Shown piece after piece: positions 36,121-51,185 of a DNA stretch of 64,000 bases. Under the pieces are notes generated by a model. That model was given only the letters and a program-made list of their open reading frames with translations, had not been told where the DNA came from and did no database searches. Origin of the DNA: Acidimicrobiaceae bacterium (lineage in GTDB: Bacteria; Actinomycetota; Acidimicrobiia; Acidimicrobiales; RAAP-2); assembly GCA_003132305.1 (NCBI GenBank), contig PKXJ01000011.1, forward strand, positions 48,977 through 112,976, written 5' to 3'. The stretch's first letter is position 1, and each line of letters begins with the position of its first letter. The position numbers were made by a program, and so were the translations under genes.

Positions 36121-36470
36121 TTGGAAACCTTGAGTCGGCGTTTCGCCGTGCCGCTGACGACGCGCCACGCCGTCAGCGCCATCACGATGAGTGCTAGCAC
36201 CGCGACGATGACGTAGGGCAGCCACGACAGCGAACCATCGAGCACGGGGAACTGCCACTGCAGGTAGCGAAGAGAACCGAACAGCAACAAGACCGCGCCG
36301 AAGCCCACGAAGATACTCCCGACGGTCCCCCACAACATAAATCGACCGAGATCCTTGATGGGCTTGATGGTCTCTTCTTTGACGTAACGAATCGCGAGAT
36401 CATGCAGTTCGTCGAAGTCACGCTGCAGTGTCGCTCCTCTTAGGAACCGGCGCCACGTGGAGTTCTTCAT
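36117..36470 (-). CDS. two-TM membrane protein (holin-X/DUF1469-like)
   Basis: 117 aa with two clear hydrophobic helices (FMLWGTVGSIFVGFGAVLLLFG; LPYVIVAVLALIVMALTAW). Confidence 0.55.
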   Translation of the reverse strand: MKNSTWRRFLRGATLQRDFDELHDLAIRYVKEETIKPIKDLGRFMLWGTVGSIFVGFGAVLLLFGSLRYLQWQFPVLDGSLSWLPYVIVAVLALIVMALTAWRVVSGTAKRRLKVSK

Positions 36471-36479
36471 GGCCCAAGC

Positions 36480-36878
36480 CTACTCAGTGCGTTCTTTTAT
36501 CAGGTACGTCGAACTGGCCGTCGCGACGAGTCTGTCTTTTTCGTCCACGATCTTCGCTTCGAGAAACGAGATGACTTTCCCGGGCTTCAACACGGTCGCG
36601 ACGCACGTCAGAAGGTCTCCGGCTCTCGCGGAACGCAAGAAAGTTACTTTCATCTCAGTGTTGGAAACGGCAACCCTTCGATCACCCACCGTCGTCACGG
36701 CCGAGGCGCCCATGGCCGAGTCCAGCATCGCCGCGAGAAACCCTCCTTGCACCACGCCGACGGGATTCAAGAATCGTTCGTCCACTCGGGCCCGCCACAC
36801 CGTTCGCCCGGGCACCGACTTATCGACGCACGTCATACCGAGTGTCAAGTCGCAGTTCGGAGGAATTTGCAGCGCCAC
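36480..36878 (-). CDS. PaaI-family hotdog thioesterase
   Basis: 132 aa. NPVGVVQGGFLAAMLDSAMG motif. Confidence 0.8.
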   Translation of the reverse strand: MALQIPPNCDLTLGMTCVDKSVPGRTVWRARVDERFLNPVGVVQGGFLAAMLDSAMGASAVTTVGDRRVAVSNTEMKVTFLRSARAGDLLTCVATVLKPGKVISFLEAKIVDEKDRLVATASSTYLIKERTE

Positions 36879-36938
36879 GTGGTGAGGCTACTCGCGAGCC
36901 CGCTCGGCCCAGGAGAGCGATTCGGTACTGTTCTAGTC

Positions 36939-38936
36939 ATGACTGACGATCTCTATCCCGGTGCCAGCGAGCTTGAAGGGCGCGTCATCCGCGAGATTGT
37001 GGCGGTGGCAATGGACGCTCCGGCGAAGGCCAAGTCGGGCCACAGTGGCACGGCGATGGCGTTAGCACCACTGGGCGTGATGCTCTGGGGCCGCGTCATG
37101 CGACACGATCCCACCGACCCCAACTGGTCCGATCGCGACCGATTCATCATGAGCTGCGGTCACGCGTGCATCTTGCAGTACGGCCTCGCTCACGAATTTG
37201 GCTACGATCTCAGCGTCGAGGATCTAAAGGAGTTTCGCCAAGCTCACTCGAAGACTCCCGGCCATCCTGAGCGCGGCGACACGCCCACCGTCGAAGTGAC
37301 GACCGGGCCTCTCGGCCAAGGCATCGCCAACGGTGTCGGCATGGCCCTGGCCGAGCGAATCCTCCGCGCTGACTACGGTGAGGAACTCGTCAGTCACCGC
37401 ACGTGGGTGATCGCGGGCGACGGCTGTCTCGAAGAGGGCGTCAGCCACGAGGCGGCCTCGCTCGCTGGCTCGCTCGGGCTCGATCGTCTCACGATTTTCT
37501 ACGACGACAACCACATCACGATCGACGGACCAACTGAGCTCGCGTTGCACGACGATCCCGCCGAACGATTCGCGGCCTACGGCTGGCACGTGGTGGTCGT
37601 GGGCGAACGCGCGAACGACCTCGACGTCCTCGAAGACGCCACGCGCGCCGCCATCGCCGAGACCAACCGACCGACCATCGTCATCATTCGTTCGCACATT
37701 GCATTCCCTTCCCCCACGATGATGGACACGAAGGAAGCCCACGGCACGCCCTTTAGTGCTGACGCCATCACCACGGTGAAGAAGATCCTCGGCGTGCCCG
37801 ACCGGGCCTTCGTCTCCGACCCCGAAATTCCCGGCGAGTTGATTCAATCGCTCCACGCGCGCCGCGAGGATCGGGTGGCCTGGGGAGCCCGGGTCACGGC
37901 CGCGGGCGCCAGGGGCGTGCAACTCTTAGAGCAGCTGGACACCAATGGCGTCGCGAGGATAACCACCAAGGCCCAGGCCTTTGCGCCGGGTTCCATGGTC
38001 GCCACGCGCAAGGCGATGCAGCGCGCCATGGACGTCTACGCACCTCAGACGCCGGGTCTCACGGCGGGATCGGCGGACCTGACGGACAATACGGGCGTCA
38101 TCCTTCCCGGCGCCCAAGCCCAGAACGCCTTGGTGCCGGGCGGTCGCCAGATTCACTACGGCATTCGCGAACTCGCCATGACCGCGATTCTCGTCGGCCA
38201 GGCCCACCACGGTGGGCTTCGTCCGGCCGGCTCGACGTTCTTCGTCTTTAGCGACTACGCGCGGCCCGCCGTTCGACTCGCCGCGCTGAGCCACGCGGGC
38301 GCCCTTTTGGTGTACACCCACGACTCCGTGGGCGTGGGCCAGGACGGTCCGACGCACGAACCCGTTGAACACCTCATGGCGCTGCGAGCGATGCCCAATC
38401 TGCACGTCGTTCGTCCCAGTGACGCCAACGAAACCCTCGATCTCGTCGAAGAGTTTCTCAGCGCCAAAGTGCCGCACACGACGGCGCTGGTGCTCACGCG
38501 CCAAGACGTTCGGGTCTTTAGCGAAGACGAGGCCGCGGCGAGCGCGAAGGGGGCGCGGCGCGGGGGCTACGTCGTTCGAGAGAACGACGTAGCCGTCTTC
38601 ACCCTCGTGAGCACGGGATCAGAGGTCTCGCTCTGCCTGCAAGCCGCGGACGAGCTCGCGGCGAAGGGCATCGTCACTCGAGTCGTCGCCCTCCCGTGTT
38701 GGAAGTGCTTCGACGCGCAACCCTTGGAGTATCGAGACCAAGTGCTGCGCCGCTCGATTCCTTCGGTGTCGCTCGAAGCCGGCGCGACGTTGGGCTGGGC
38801 GAACTACGTTGATGACTCCCTGGGCATCAACTCATTTGGTATGTCGGCACCCGGCGACGTCGTCTTTGATTACTTCAAAATTGTCCCCGCGAGCGTGGTA
38901 GCGCACGTCGAGCGCGTTCTAAGTGAGAGAAAATGA
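36939..38936 (+). CDS. tkt: transketolase
   Basis: ATG at 36939, 665 aa. SGHSGTAMALAP and GDGCLEEGVSHEA ThDP motifs. The track start at 36747 overlaps the thioesterase gene. Confidence 0.9.
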   Translation: MTDDLYPGASELEGRVIREIVAVAMDAPAKAKSGHSGTAMALAPLGVMLWGRVMRHDPTDPNWSDRDRFIMSCGHACILQYGLAHEFGYDLSVEDLKEFRQAHSKTPGHPERGDTPTVEVTTGPLGQGIANGVGMALAERILRADYGEELVSHRTWVIAGDGCLEEGVSHEAASLAGSLGLDRLTIFYDDNHITIDGPTELALHDDPAERFAAYGWHVVVVGERANDLDVLEDATRAAIAETNRPTIVIIRSHIAFPSPTMMDTKEAHGTPFSADAITTVKKILGVPDRAFVSDPEIPGELIQSLHARREDRVAWGARVTAAGARGVQLLEQLDTNGVARITTKAQAFAPGSMVATRKAMQRAMDVYAPQTPGLTAGSADLTDNTGVILPGAQAQNALVPGGRQIHYGIRELAMTAILVGQAHHGGLRPAGSTFFVFSDYARPAVRLAALSHAGALLVYTHDSVGVGQDGPTHEPVEHLMALRAMPNLHVVRPSDANETLDLVEEFLSAKVPHTTALVLTRQDVRVFSEDEAAASAKGARRGGYVVRENDVAVFTLVSTGSEVSLCLQAADELAAKGIVTRVVALPCWKCFDAQPLEYRDQVLRRSIPSVSLEAGATLGWANYVDDSLGINSFGMSAPGDVVFDYFKIVPASVVAHVERVLSERK

Positions 38937-40045
38937 CCAGCCTCAATGATCTTTATGCCAACTACGGCCAGAGCCCGTGGATTGACAACATTCGCCGTGA
39001 TTGGCTAGTCGACGGCACGCTAGCCAAGTTCGTCACCGAAGGTGTTCGCGGCGTGACGTCGAATCCCTCGATCTTCGCCAAGACCCTCTCCACCTCGACG
39101 GCGTACGACAAGCTGATCGCGGACTCGACCGACGACAACCCCGAGGGCCTCTTTGAGACGTTGGCCGTGGAAGACGTGCGCGACGCTTGCGACGTCTTGG
39201 CCCGGGTTCACGAGAGTTCGCGCACAGAATTTGCCGCAGGTAATCGTCGCTACGTGGACGGTTTTGTGTCCCTGGAAGTCTCGCCTCGCCTGGCCCGTGA
39301 CACCGAGGGAACGATCGCGGCCGCCAAGCGTCTCCACGCCAAAGTGGACCGAGCAAACGTGATGATAAAGATCCCTGCCACGAAGGAGGGTCTGCCGGCC
39401 ATACGGGCCGTGCTCGCGGCGGGCATCAACGTCAACGTCACGCTGATCTTCTCGCTGGAGCGTTACGGCGAAGTCATCACCGCGTGGACTGACGGGGTGC
39501 GAGACGCCTATGACGCAGGTCGCGACGCCAGCGCACTCGCCAGTGTCGCGTCGTTCTTCGTGTCTCGCGTTGACGTCGCCGTTGACGCCTTGTTACCTGA
39601 AGGCGACCCCCGTCGAGGCACGACGGCGAACGCGCAGGCCGCCGCCGCCTACGACCTCTATCGAAAGCGCGTGAGTGACGTCGGCGTCACCGAACTGCTC
39701 GGCAATGGCGCGCAGGTGCAACGTCCCTTATGGGCGTCCACGTCCACGAAGAATCCCACCTACGACGATCTGTTATACGTGAATCGTCTCGTCGCCGACG
39801 AAACGGTGAACACGATGCCCGACGCCACGCTTTCCGACGCGCTCGATCACCCGGACTTCGCGACCTCGTACCTCCTCAACGACGACACGAGTCAAGCCAC
39901 GGCCGCACTTCTGGACAAGTTGTCACCCGACGTGGATCTCGCCCGTGTCACCGAACAGCTCGAAATCGACGGCGTGGCGTCCTTTGCCAAGTCCTACGAC
40001 GACCTCCTGGCCACGGTGTCGTCAAAGATGCACGCCTCGAAGTAG
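38933..40045 (+). CDS. tal: transaldolase (long actinobacterial type)
   Basis: 370 aa. GVTSNPSIF and IKIPAT motifs. ATGA overlap with tkt. Confidence 0.9.
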   Translation: MTSLNDLYANYGQSPWIDNIRRDWLVDGTLAKFVTEGVRGVTSNPSIFAKTLSTSTAYDKLIADSTDDNPEGLFETLAVEDVRDACDVLARVHESSRTEFAAGNRRYVDGFVSLEVSPRLARDTEGTIAAAKRLHAKVDRANVMIKIPATKEGLPAIRAVLAAGINVNVTLIFSLERYGEVITAWTDGVRDAYDAGRDASALASVASFFVSRVDVAVDALLPEGDPRRGTTANAQAAAAYDLYRKRVSDVGVTELLGNGAQVQRPLWASTSTKNPTYDDLLYVNRLVADETVNTMPDATLSDALDHPDFATSYLLNDDTSQATAALLDKLSPDVDLARVTEQLEIDGVASFAKSYDDLLATVSSKMHASK

Positions 40046-40126
40046 TTCGTCCTTTACGGGCTCGAATCACCTTTGAGCGGCTCGCGAACTGCGTCATTTC
40101 TTACTCTCGCGTCGTAGGATGCATCC

Positions 40127-42388
40127 ATGACGACGCTACGAGGTTCTGAAACGCCGATCGATCTGATGAACGCTTCGGCGGCCTCGCTCGCCGAGGGGGC
40201 CTACGAGAAGGCTCGTCGCGCGCACGGCTTCGTCGTGACGTATTCGCCCAAGGTCTTCATTCCCTTGACGAAGCTCTGTCGCGATCGATGCGGCTACTGC
40301 ACGTTTGCGCAGGCTCCGGCGCACGTGGCGTCGCCGTACTTGAGTCTGGACGAGGTCATGGCCATTGCTCAGGCGGGGCGAGAGGCGGGATGTACCGAAG
40401 CACTCTTCACCCTCGGTGAGCGACCGGAGTTGCGCTACGACGAAGCGGCTCGCTGGCTGGCCGCGCGTGGTTACCACTCGACGGTCGACTACGTGGCCAG
40501 CGCCGCGCAGATGGTGCTCGAAAGTACGGGTCTCTTACCTCACGCCAACGCGGGAGCACTCTTCCATCACGAACTGGCCCAGCTTCGTGCAGTCAGCGCG
40601 TCCCAAGGCATGATGCTCGAAGTCCTCGCCGAGGTGCCCGCGCACCGCTTGGCACCCGACAAGGAGCCGCAACGTCGCCTCGACACGCTTCGCTGGGCGG
40701 GAGAGTTAAAGATCCCCTTCACGACCGGGTTGTTGGTAGGTATTGGCGAGAGTCGCCAAGATCGCGTCACAACACTCGAAGCCATCGCCGACGCGCACGA
40801 GGAGTTCGGTCACGTGCAAGAAGTGATCGTGCAGAACTTCCTGCCAAAACCTCGAACGGCGATGGCCGCGCACCCACCAGCCAGTGACGAAGAGTTCCAC
40901 TGGACCATTGCCGCCGCGCGACTACTTCTGCCCGGGGACATCCACCTCCAGGCGCCGCCGAACCTGAGTGACGACCCCGCGCGCCTACTCGACTTCGGCA
41001 TTGACGATTTTGGCGGCGTCTCTCCCGTCACCGCCGATCACGTCAACCCCGAACGAGCGTGGCCCGCGGTGTCGACGCTCGGCGCGCAGTGCGACGTTCG
41101 CGGATTGCATCTCACGCCTCGTCTCACGGTGTACCCCGAGTACGTTGGCGAGCGAACGGATTTTCTCGACGAAAAGGTACGGCCCTTCGTCCTGGCCCAG
41201 GCCGACGCGCACTCCCTGGCACGCAACGACCGATGGTACTCGGGCACCGACCACACGCCGCCCTCCGCGCCGAGCTCGACGACGAGAACCAAGGAGTTGG
41301 TGAGCCTCCTCGCGCGCTACGAACCCGGTTACGAGTTCGACGCGCGCGAACTGGTGACGCTCTTTCACGCGCGCGGCGGCGACTACAACGCCGTCGTCGA
41401 TCTCGCGGACTCCGTGCGCCAGGATCTCGTCGGCGAGGCGGTGAGTTTCGTCATAAATCGCAACATCAATTACACCAACGTCTGTACCTTCAAGTGCCGC
41501 TTCTGCGCCTTCTCGAAGGGTCCGTTGTCACTCAATCTCCGTGGTGACCCCTATCTCTTGACCCTCGAGGAGATCAGCGAACGCGTCCGCGAGGCCGAGA
41601 GGCGCGGGGCGACCGAGGTCTGTCTCCAGGGAGGCATTCACCCCAACTTCGACGGCGACTACTACATCGACGTGGTGGCCGCGGTTCGCGCCGGTTCGCC
41701 GACCATTCACATCCACGCCTTTAGCGCGCTCGAGGTCTTCGAAGGGGCTCGACGCTCGGAACAAGATCTCGCGTCGTACCTCACGAGGTTGAAGGACGCC
41801 GGTCTGAAGACTCTTCCCGGCACCGCGGCGGAGATTCTCGACGACAAGATAAGAGCCGTTCTCTGTCCCGACAAGATCAACTCGGATCAGTGGCTCGAGG
41901 TTCACCGCGTGGCCCACGAGGTCGGTCTTCGATCGAACATCACGATCATGTTCGGTGCCGTCGAAGGACCCGAGAGTTGGGCCACGCACCTCATTCGCAC
42001 GCGCGAGTTGCAAAAGCAGACCGGCGGCTTCACCGAGTTCGTGCCCCTCCCCTTCGTTCATATGGCGACGCCGCTGTTTTTGAAGGGTCGTTCACGAAAG
42101 GGTCCGACCTTTCGAGAGGCGGTGCTGATGCACGCGGTGGCGCGACTGCACTACGCGACGCTGATCAACAACATTCAGGTGAGTTGGGTCAAGATGGGCG
42201 TCGAGGGCGCGCGGAGGATTCTCCAAGCGGGCGCGAACGACCTCGGGGGCACCTTGATGGACGAAAACATCTCGCGCGCCGCGGGCGCCACGCACGGCCA
42301 GGAGATGGACGTGAAGTCGTTGGAAAACCTCGTGGCGCCACTCGGACGTCCGCTGCACCAGCGAAGCACCCTCTACCAGACGTTGTAG
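40127..42388 (+). CDS. fbiC: FO synthase FbiC (fused CofG/CofH), F420 biosynthesis
   Basis: 753 aa with two radical-SAM CxxxCxxC motifs (CRDRCGYC, CTFKCRFC). Confidence 0.9.
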   Translation: MTTLRGSETPIDLMNASAASLAEGAYEKARRAHGFVVTYSPKVFIPLTKLCRDRCGYCTFAQAPAHVASPYLSLDEVMAIAQAGREAGCTEALFTLGERPELRYDEAARWLAARGYHSTVDYVASAAQMVLESTGLLPHANAGALFHHELAQLRAVSASQGMMLEVLAEVPAHRLAPDKEPQRRLDTLRWAGELKIPFTTGLLVGIGESRQDRVTTLEAIADAHEEFGHVQEVIVQNFLPKPRTAMAAHPPASDEEFHWTIAAARLLLPGDIHLQAPPNLSDDPARLLDFGIDDFGGVSPVTADHVNPERAWPAVSTLGAQCDVRGLHLTPRLTVYPEYVGERTDFLDEKVRPFVLAQADAHSLARNDRWYSGTDHTPPSAPSSTTRTKELVSLLARYEPGYEFDARELVTLFHARGGDYNAVVDLADSVRQDLVGEAVSFVINRNINYTNVCTFKCRFCAFSKGPLSLNLRGDPYLLTLEEISERVREAERRGATEVCLQGGIHPNFDGDYYIDVVAAVRAGSPTIHIHAFSALEVFEGARRSEQDLASYLTRLKDAGLKTLPGTAAEILDDKIRAVLCPDKINSDQWLEVHRVAHEVGLRSNITIMFGAVEGPESWATHLIRTRELQKQTGGFTEFVPLPFVHMATPLFLKGRSRKGPTFREAVLMHAVARLHYATLINNIQVSWVKMGVEGARRILQAGANDLGGTLMDENISRAAGATHGQEMDVKSLENLVAPLGRPLHQRSTLYQTL

Positions 42389-42441
42389 CCGTGGCCTCAC
42401 TCATCGAAACTCTCCTCGACGACATCGCTGAGGACACGGCC

Positions 42442-43368
42442 ATGTCCGAAGACCGGCGCGAACTGTTGCACGATCTGCTCGCGGGCGTCGTCGCGGTCGC
42501 CGAGTCCGACGCCGACACCAAGGACCTTCGGGTGGCCGTGCGGGCGGTGAATGAACTGCTCGAGGCGTTCAACCTCTTCGAAAAGTTCAGCGCTCGGTCC
42601 AAGATGACCATTTTCGGTTCAGCGCGAACGAAGATCGACAGTCCCCTGTACGAGATGACCCGAGAGTTGGCGCGAGCGATGGCCGAACGCGGTTGGATCA
42701 TCATCTCGGGCGCTGGTCCTGGCATCATGGAGGCCTCCGCGAGAGGCGCTGGTAGGGCCAACACTCTGGGGGTCAATATCCAGCTGCCCTTCGAACAAAA
42801 CGCCAATGCCTACATTGATACCGCGGCCAATCTCGTGACTATGAAGTACTTCTTCACTCGCAAGGTCGCTCTCACGCGTCCCTCGAACGCCTTCGTGGTC
42901 CTGCCGGGAGGCCTGGGCACCATGGACGAGCTCTTCGAGGTCCTCACGCTCCTCGACACCGGTAAGACCACGCCTGCTCCCGTCATCTTGCTCGACACCC
43001 CAGATGGAATGTTCTGGAAACAGTGGATGACTTTCATCGATGAGGGCATCGTGAAGAATCACTACGTCGCCACTGACAACATGTTCCTCGTTCGACTCGC
43101 CACGTCGATCTCCGACACGGTCGACGAGATCGAACTCTTCTACTCGAACTATCGAGACTTCGCCGTCGACGGGGAGCGTGGGCTGATGTCCCTTCGACGT
43201 GCGCCGACGCCGAGCCAGCTCGACGCGCTGCGAGCGGCGGTGCCGATGTTCGACGAGGGTGACGGCTACCAACGGGAGAACGAACAGACCCTCTCCTTTG
43301 GCTTCGACGGAAGAAACTACTCCAATTTGCGACTTGTGATTAACGAGGTCAACCGTTGGAGCGACTAG
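42442..43368 (+). CDS. LOG/TIGR00730-family (cytokinin riboside 5'-monophosphate phosphoribohydrolase-like) protein, long form
   Basis: GAGPGIMEA and PGGLGTMDELFE motifs, with N- and C-terminal extensions. An alternative GTG start at 42391 lies 3 nt after the fbiC stop. The track start at 41890 is inside fbiC. Confidence 0.8.
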   Translation: MSEDRRELLHDLLAGVVAVAESDADTKDLRVAVRAVNELLEAFNLFEKFSARSKMTIFGSARTKIDSPLYEMTRELARAMAERGWIIISGAGPGIMEASARGAGRANTLGVNIQLPFEQNANAYIDTAANLVTMKYFFTRKVALTRPSNAFVVLPGGLGTMDELFEVLTLLDTGKTTPAPVILLDTPDGMFWKQWMTFIDEGIVKNHYVATDNMFLVRLATSISDTVDEIELFYSNYRDFAVDGERGLMSLRRAPTPSQLDALRAAVPMFDEGDGYQRENEQTLSFGFDGRNYSNLRLVINEVNRWSD

Positions 43369-43562
43369 TCGCCTTCGCCTTGACGAAGTAGGTGCTCGGC
43401 CTTTTGGAGACTGCGGCGAACTCGTGAGAGTTGACGTTCGAGCTCTTTTGCACCTTCGGGCTCGTACCTACGCAACTGGGCTCGAACCGTCTCGAAGATG
43501 GCGTCGGCGACGCGTTGCTCGAGAGCGGCGACCTCGTCGGCGAGTTCCGCAAAGGACTCCAC
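43365..43562 (-). CDS. small helical hypothetical protein
   Basis: 65 aa, GTG start overlapping the upstream stop by 1 nt, heptad-like charged sequence. Weak support. Confidence 0.35.
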   Translation of the reverse strand: MESFAELADEVAALEQRVADAIFETVRAQLRRYEPEGAKELERQLSRVRRSLQKAEHLLRQGEGD

Positions 43563-45178
43563 TAGTCGACGACAACCACGTCGAGATCGCCACCGGCGTA
43601 CTGGGCGCGCAGCACCTTCTTGTCAAACTTGCCCACGCTGGTCTTGGGCACACTCTCGATGAACGTCCAACGCTCGGGTAGCCACCACTTCGCCACCCGT
43701 TCGGCGAGAAACTCCTTGAGTTCTTGGGCGCTCGCGGTAGCGTCGGGTCGAAGCACGACGCAACAGAGCGGACGCTCTTGCCACTTGTCGTCGTGCACCG
43801 CGATAACCGCGGCTTCAAAGACGGCCGGGTGGGCCATCACCGTGACTTCGAGATCGACCGAACTTATCCACTCGCCCCCGGACTTGATAACGTCCTTCGA
43901 TCGATCGCTCACCACCATGAAACCCTCGCCGTCGAGCGTGCCCATATCGCCGGTGCGCAACCACCCGTCATGAAACTTGTCGGGGTCGTCCACGCCAAAG
44001 TACGAACCCGTGACCCACGGACCTCGAATCTCGAACTCACCAATGGTCTTGCCGTCACGCGGAAGTACGGTGCCGTCGTCGTCGGTGAGACGTACTTCCA
44101 CGCCCGCCACGATCCGACCGGCCTTCACGCGGTAGTCAATTTCGAGATCTGGCGGCGTGCCCGCCGGAGGAATCGACACCGCGGCGAGCGGACTCGTCTC
44201 GGTCATGCCCCACCCTTGCAGCACGTCAATGCCGTGGAGATCGCGAAAGCTCTCGATCATGTGGCGCGGTACCGCCGAGCCGCCGGCGAGGATGACACGA
44301 AGGCTGGAGAGGTCGGTCTCGGGTGTCGTCTCGGCCACGCGCAGCACGTCGTTCCAGATCGTGGGCACCCCGAGTGAGATCGTCGGGCGAAGTTCACGGA
44401 TCATCTTGATGATCGGCGCACCCTGGAGGAACATCTGGGGCATGATGAGCTCGACGCCCGCGAAAAAGGACGAGTAGATCGAACCCCAGGCGTTGACGTG
44501 AAACATCGGCACGATCAAGAGGCTGCGATCGCGCTCACAGAGACCCACCGAGTTGGCGGTCATCGAAGCCATCGAGTGCAACCAGGTGGAACGATGCGAG
44601 TAGACGACGCCCTTGGGGTTACCGGTGGTGCCCGAGGTGTAACACATGATGGCCGCGTCACGTTCGTCGAGCGTGGGCCACTCGAAACCCGGGCGCTCGG
44701 CGTTCAAGAGCGTGTCGTAGTCCAGCGTCTCGCCGAGCACGCCAGTGGTCTCCTCGCCGTTCACGATAATGACCTTGACCAGGGGAATCTGATCGCGGAT
44801 TTTGGCGAACGACGCGGCGAGCGACGCGTCCACGATGATGATCTCGTCTTCGGCGTGATTGATGATGTACGAAAGCTGTTCGGGAAAGAGCCGAATGTTC
44901 AAGGTGTGCAACACGGCGCCCATCGAAGGAATGGCGAAGTAGGCCTCCATGTGCGCCTGGTTGTTCCACATGAAGGTCGCCACGCGGTCGCCACGCTTGA
45001 CACCCAGTTTGGTGAGGGCCGAGGCCAACTGTTCGGCGCGTTTGGCGATCTGAAGGAACGTCGCCTCGTCGACTCCGTCGGGCGTTACGGTGAAGACCTT
45101 CTTCTGCGCGTAAACGTACTCGCCGTGACGAAGAATGCCACTGATCAGTAGTGGCGCCTCTTGCATCGTGCTCTTCAT
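43562..45178 (-). CDS. AMP-forming fatty-acid--CoA ligase
   Basis: 538 aa. YTSGTTGNPKGV AMP-binding motif, GWGMTE, TGD. Confidence 0.85.
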   Translation of the reverse strand: MKSTMQEAPLLISGILRHGEYVYAQKKVFTVTPDGVDEATFLQIAKRAEQLASALTKLGVKRGDRVATFMWNNQAHMEAYFAIPSMGAVLHTLNIRLFPEQLSYIINHAEDEIIIVDASLAASFAKIRDQIPLVKVIIVNGEETTGVLGETLDYDTLLNAERPGFEWPTLDERDAAIMCYTSGTTGNPKGVVYSHRSTWLHSMASMTANSVGLCERDRSLLIVPMFHVNAWGSIYSSFFAGVELIMPQMFLQGAPIIKMIRELRPTISLGVPTIWNDVLRVAETTPETDLSSLRVILAGGSAVPRHMIESFRDLHGIDVLQGWGMTETSPLAAVSIPPAGTPPDLEIDYRVKAGRIVAGVEVRLTDDDGTVLPRDGKTIGEFEIRGPWVTGSYFGVDDPDKFHDGWLRTGDMGTLDGEGFMVVSDRSKDVIKSGGEWISSVDLEVTVMAHPAVFEAAVIAVHDDKWQERPLCCVVLRPDATASAQELKEFLAERVAKWWLPERWTFIESVPKTSVGKFDKKVLRAQYAGGDLDVVVVD

Positions 45179-45234
45179 GGTCCCCCTCGAAACACCGTTG
45201 GTTCGATGCTACAAAACGTTGGCGTTGCTCATGG

Positions 45235-46657
45235 CTACCACGAGAGAGAGTAGGGCTCGACGGGTGCTGGGAGCGAACTCGCGTGACCCGAGAGGTGCGC
45301 GTCGATTGATGAGGCGGCGCTTCGCCCCTCGGCGATGGCCCACACGATCAAACTCTGACCCCGAACGGCATCGCCACAGGCGAAGACGGGACCAGAGCCC
45401 CCAGCGTTCGCTAGTCGCCAGTCCGTCCCGACGGCGAGTGTTTGACGGGGGCTGAGGAACGGTTCGGCGTTGAGTCCAAGATCGTCGAGTTCGGGGCCGA
45501 CGAAACCGGCCGCGATCAACACGAGATCGGCCGGCACCGTGACGGCTTCTTCTGTTACGTGATCCTGCAACACAATGGACGACACGTGGGGAGCGCCAAG
45601 GAACTCGAGAGTCTCGGTGGAGAATCGACGTTCGCCGCCCTCGTCGTGCGCCGACGTCGTCTTAAAGAGCCGCGCCATCGTGGGCCAAGGCTCGTCCGAC
45701 GTACGTTCGTCGGGTGGGCGATCCATAATTTCAATCTGCGTGACCGACGAGGCACCCTGTCGATGAACCGTGCCGAGACAGTCGGCGCCCGTGTCACCGC
45801 CCCCGAGGATCACGACGTGAAGATCCCGCGCGCTGATCGCCGCGATGGTGCCCTCGTTGACGGCGCGATTGGAGGCTTCGAGGTACGTCATGGCGGGATA
45901 GACGCCCTCCAACGCGGCGCCGGGCACGGGAATGAGTCGGGGACGCGTCGAGCCAATGGCGAGCAAGACCACGTCAAAGTCACTTTGCAACTGCTCGAGG
46001 GAGGTGCCGTGCGCTCCGATCGCAACGCCCGCGAAAAACTCGATACCGTCACGGGCCATGATGTCGAGCCGACGATCGAGCACCGACTTCTCCATCTTGT
46101 ACTCGGGAATCCCGTAGCGCAGTAATCCTCCGATAGCGTCACTTCTCTCAAAGACCGCGACGGCGTGGCCCACGCTTCGTAACTGGGCCGCGGCCGCGAG
46201 ACCGGCCGGACCTGAACCCACCACCGCGACTCGTCGCCCGCTCTCGTTGGGCGTCGGCCTGGAAACTTCAAAACCGTTCGCGAAGGCGTGTTCGGCCACT
46301 TCGTATTCGAGCCGCTCGATGGTGACGGGGTCGCTCGCAATACCGAGCACGCACGCGGACTCGCACGGGGCCGGACAGAGTCGGCCGGTGAACTCGGGGA
46401 AGTTGTTCGTGCTGAAGAGCTGGTCGGCCGCTTGGCCCCACTGGTAGTTGTAGACCCGATCGTTGAACGCGGGTATTCGATTGCCCAGGGGACAGCCCTG
46501 CATGCAAAACGGAATGCCACAGTCCATGCATCGTGCGCCCTGGTGGGCAATCTCCTCGTCGCTCTGGGGCTGGTACACCTCGTGCCAGTCACGCAGGCGA
46601 ACGGGCACCGGCCGGTACCGCGGTCCTTGGCGCGAGAACTCGAGAAACCCGGTGATC

Positions 46658-46665
<8 letters not shown>
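45235..46665 (-). CDS. gltD: glutamate synthase small (beta) subunit
   Basis: 476 aa. N-terminal Cys clusters (CMDCGIPFC, CPLGN) and VAVVGSGPAGLAAA. Confidence 0.9.
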
Positions 46666-51106
<4,441 letters not shown>

Positions 51107-51185
51107 GGCGGTTGTCCAGGGGCAACGCTGACCCGCCCCCACTATACCGAAAGAGCAACGTCCCACTGGCCCCTACGCTGGTCGC

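Noticed and set aside
51107-51185. TPP riboswitch upstream of thiO
   Set aside because: The spacer is too short, and the CUGAGA and pyrimidine-sensor consensus strings are absent.
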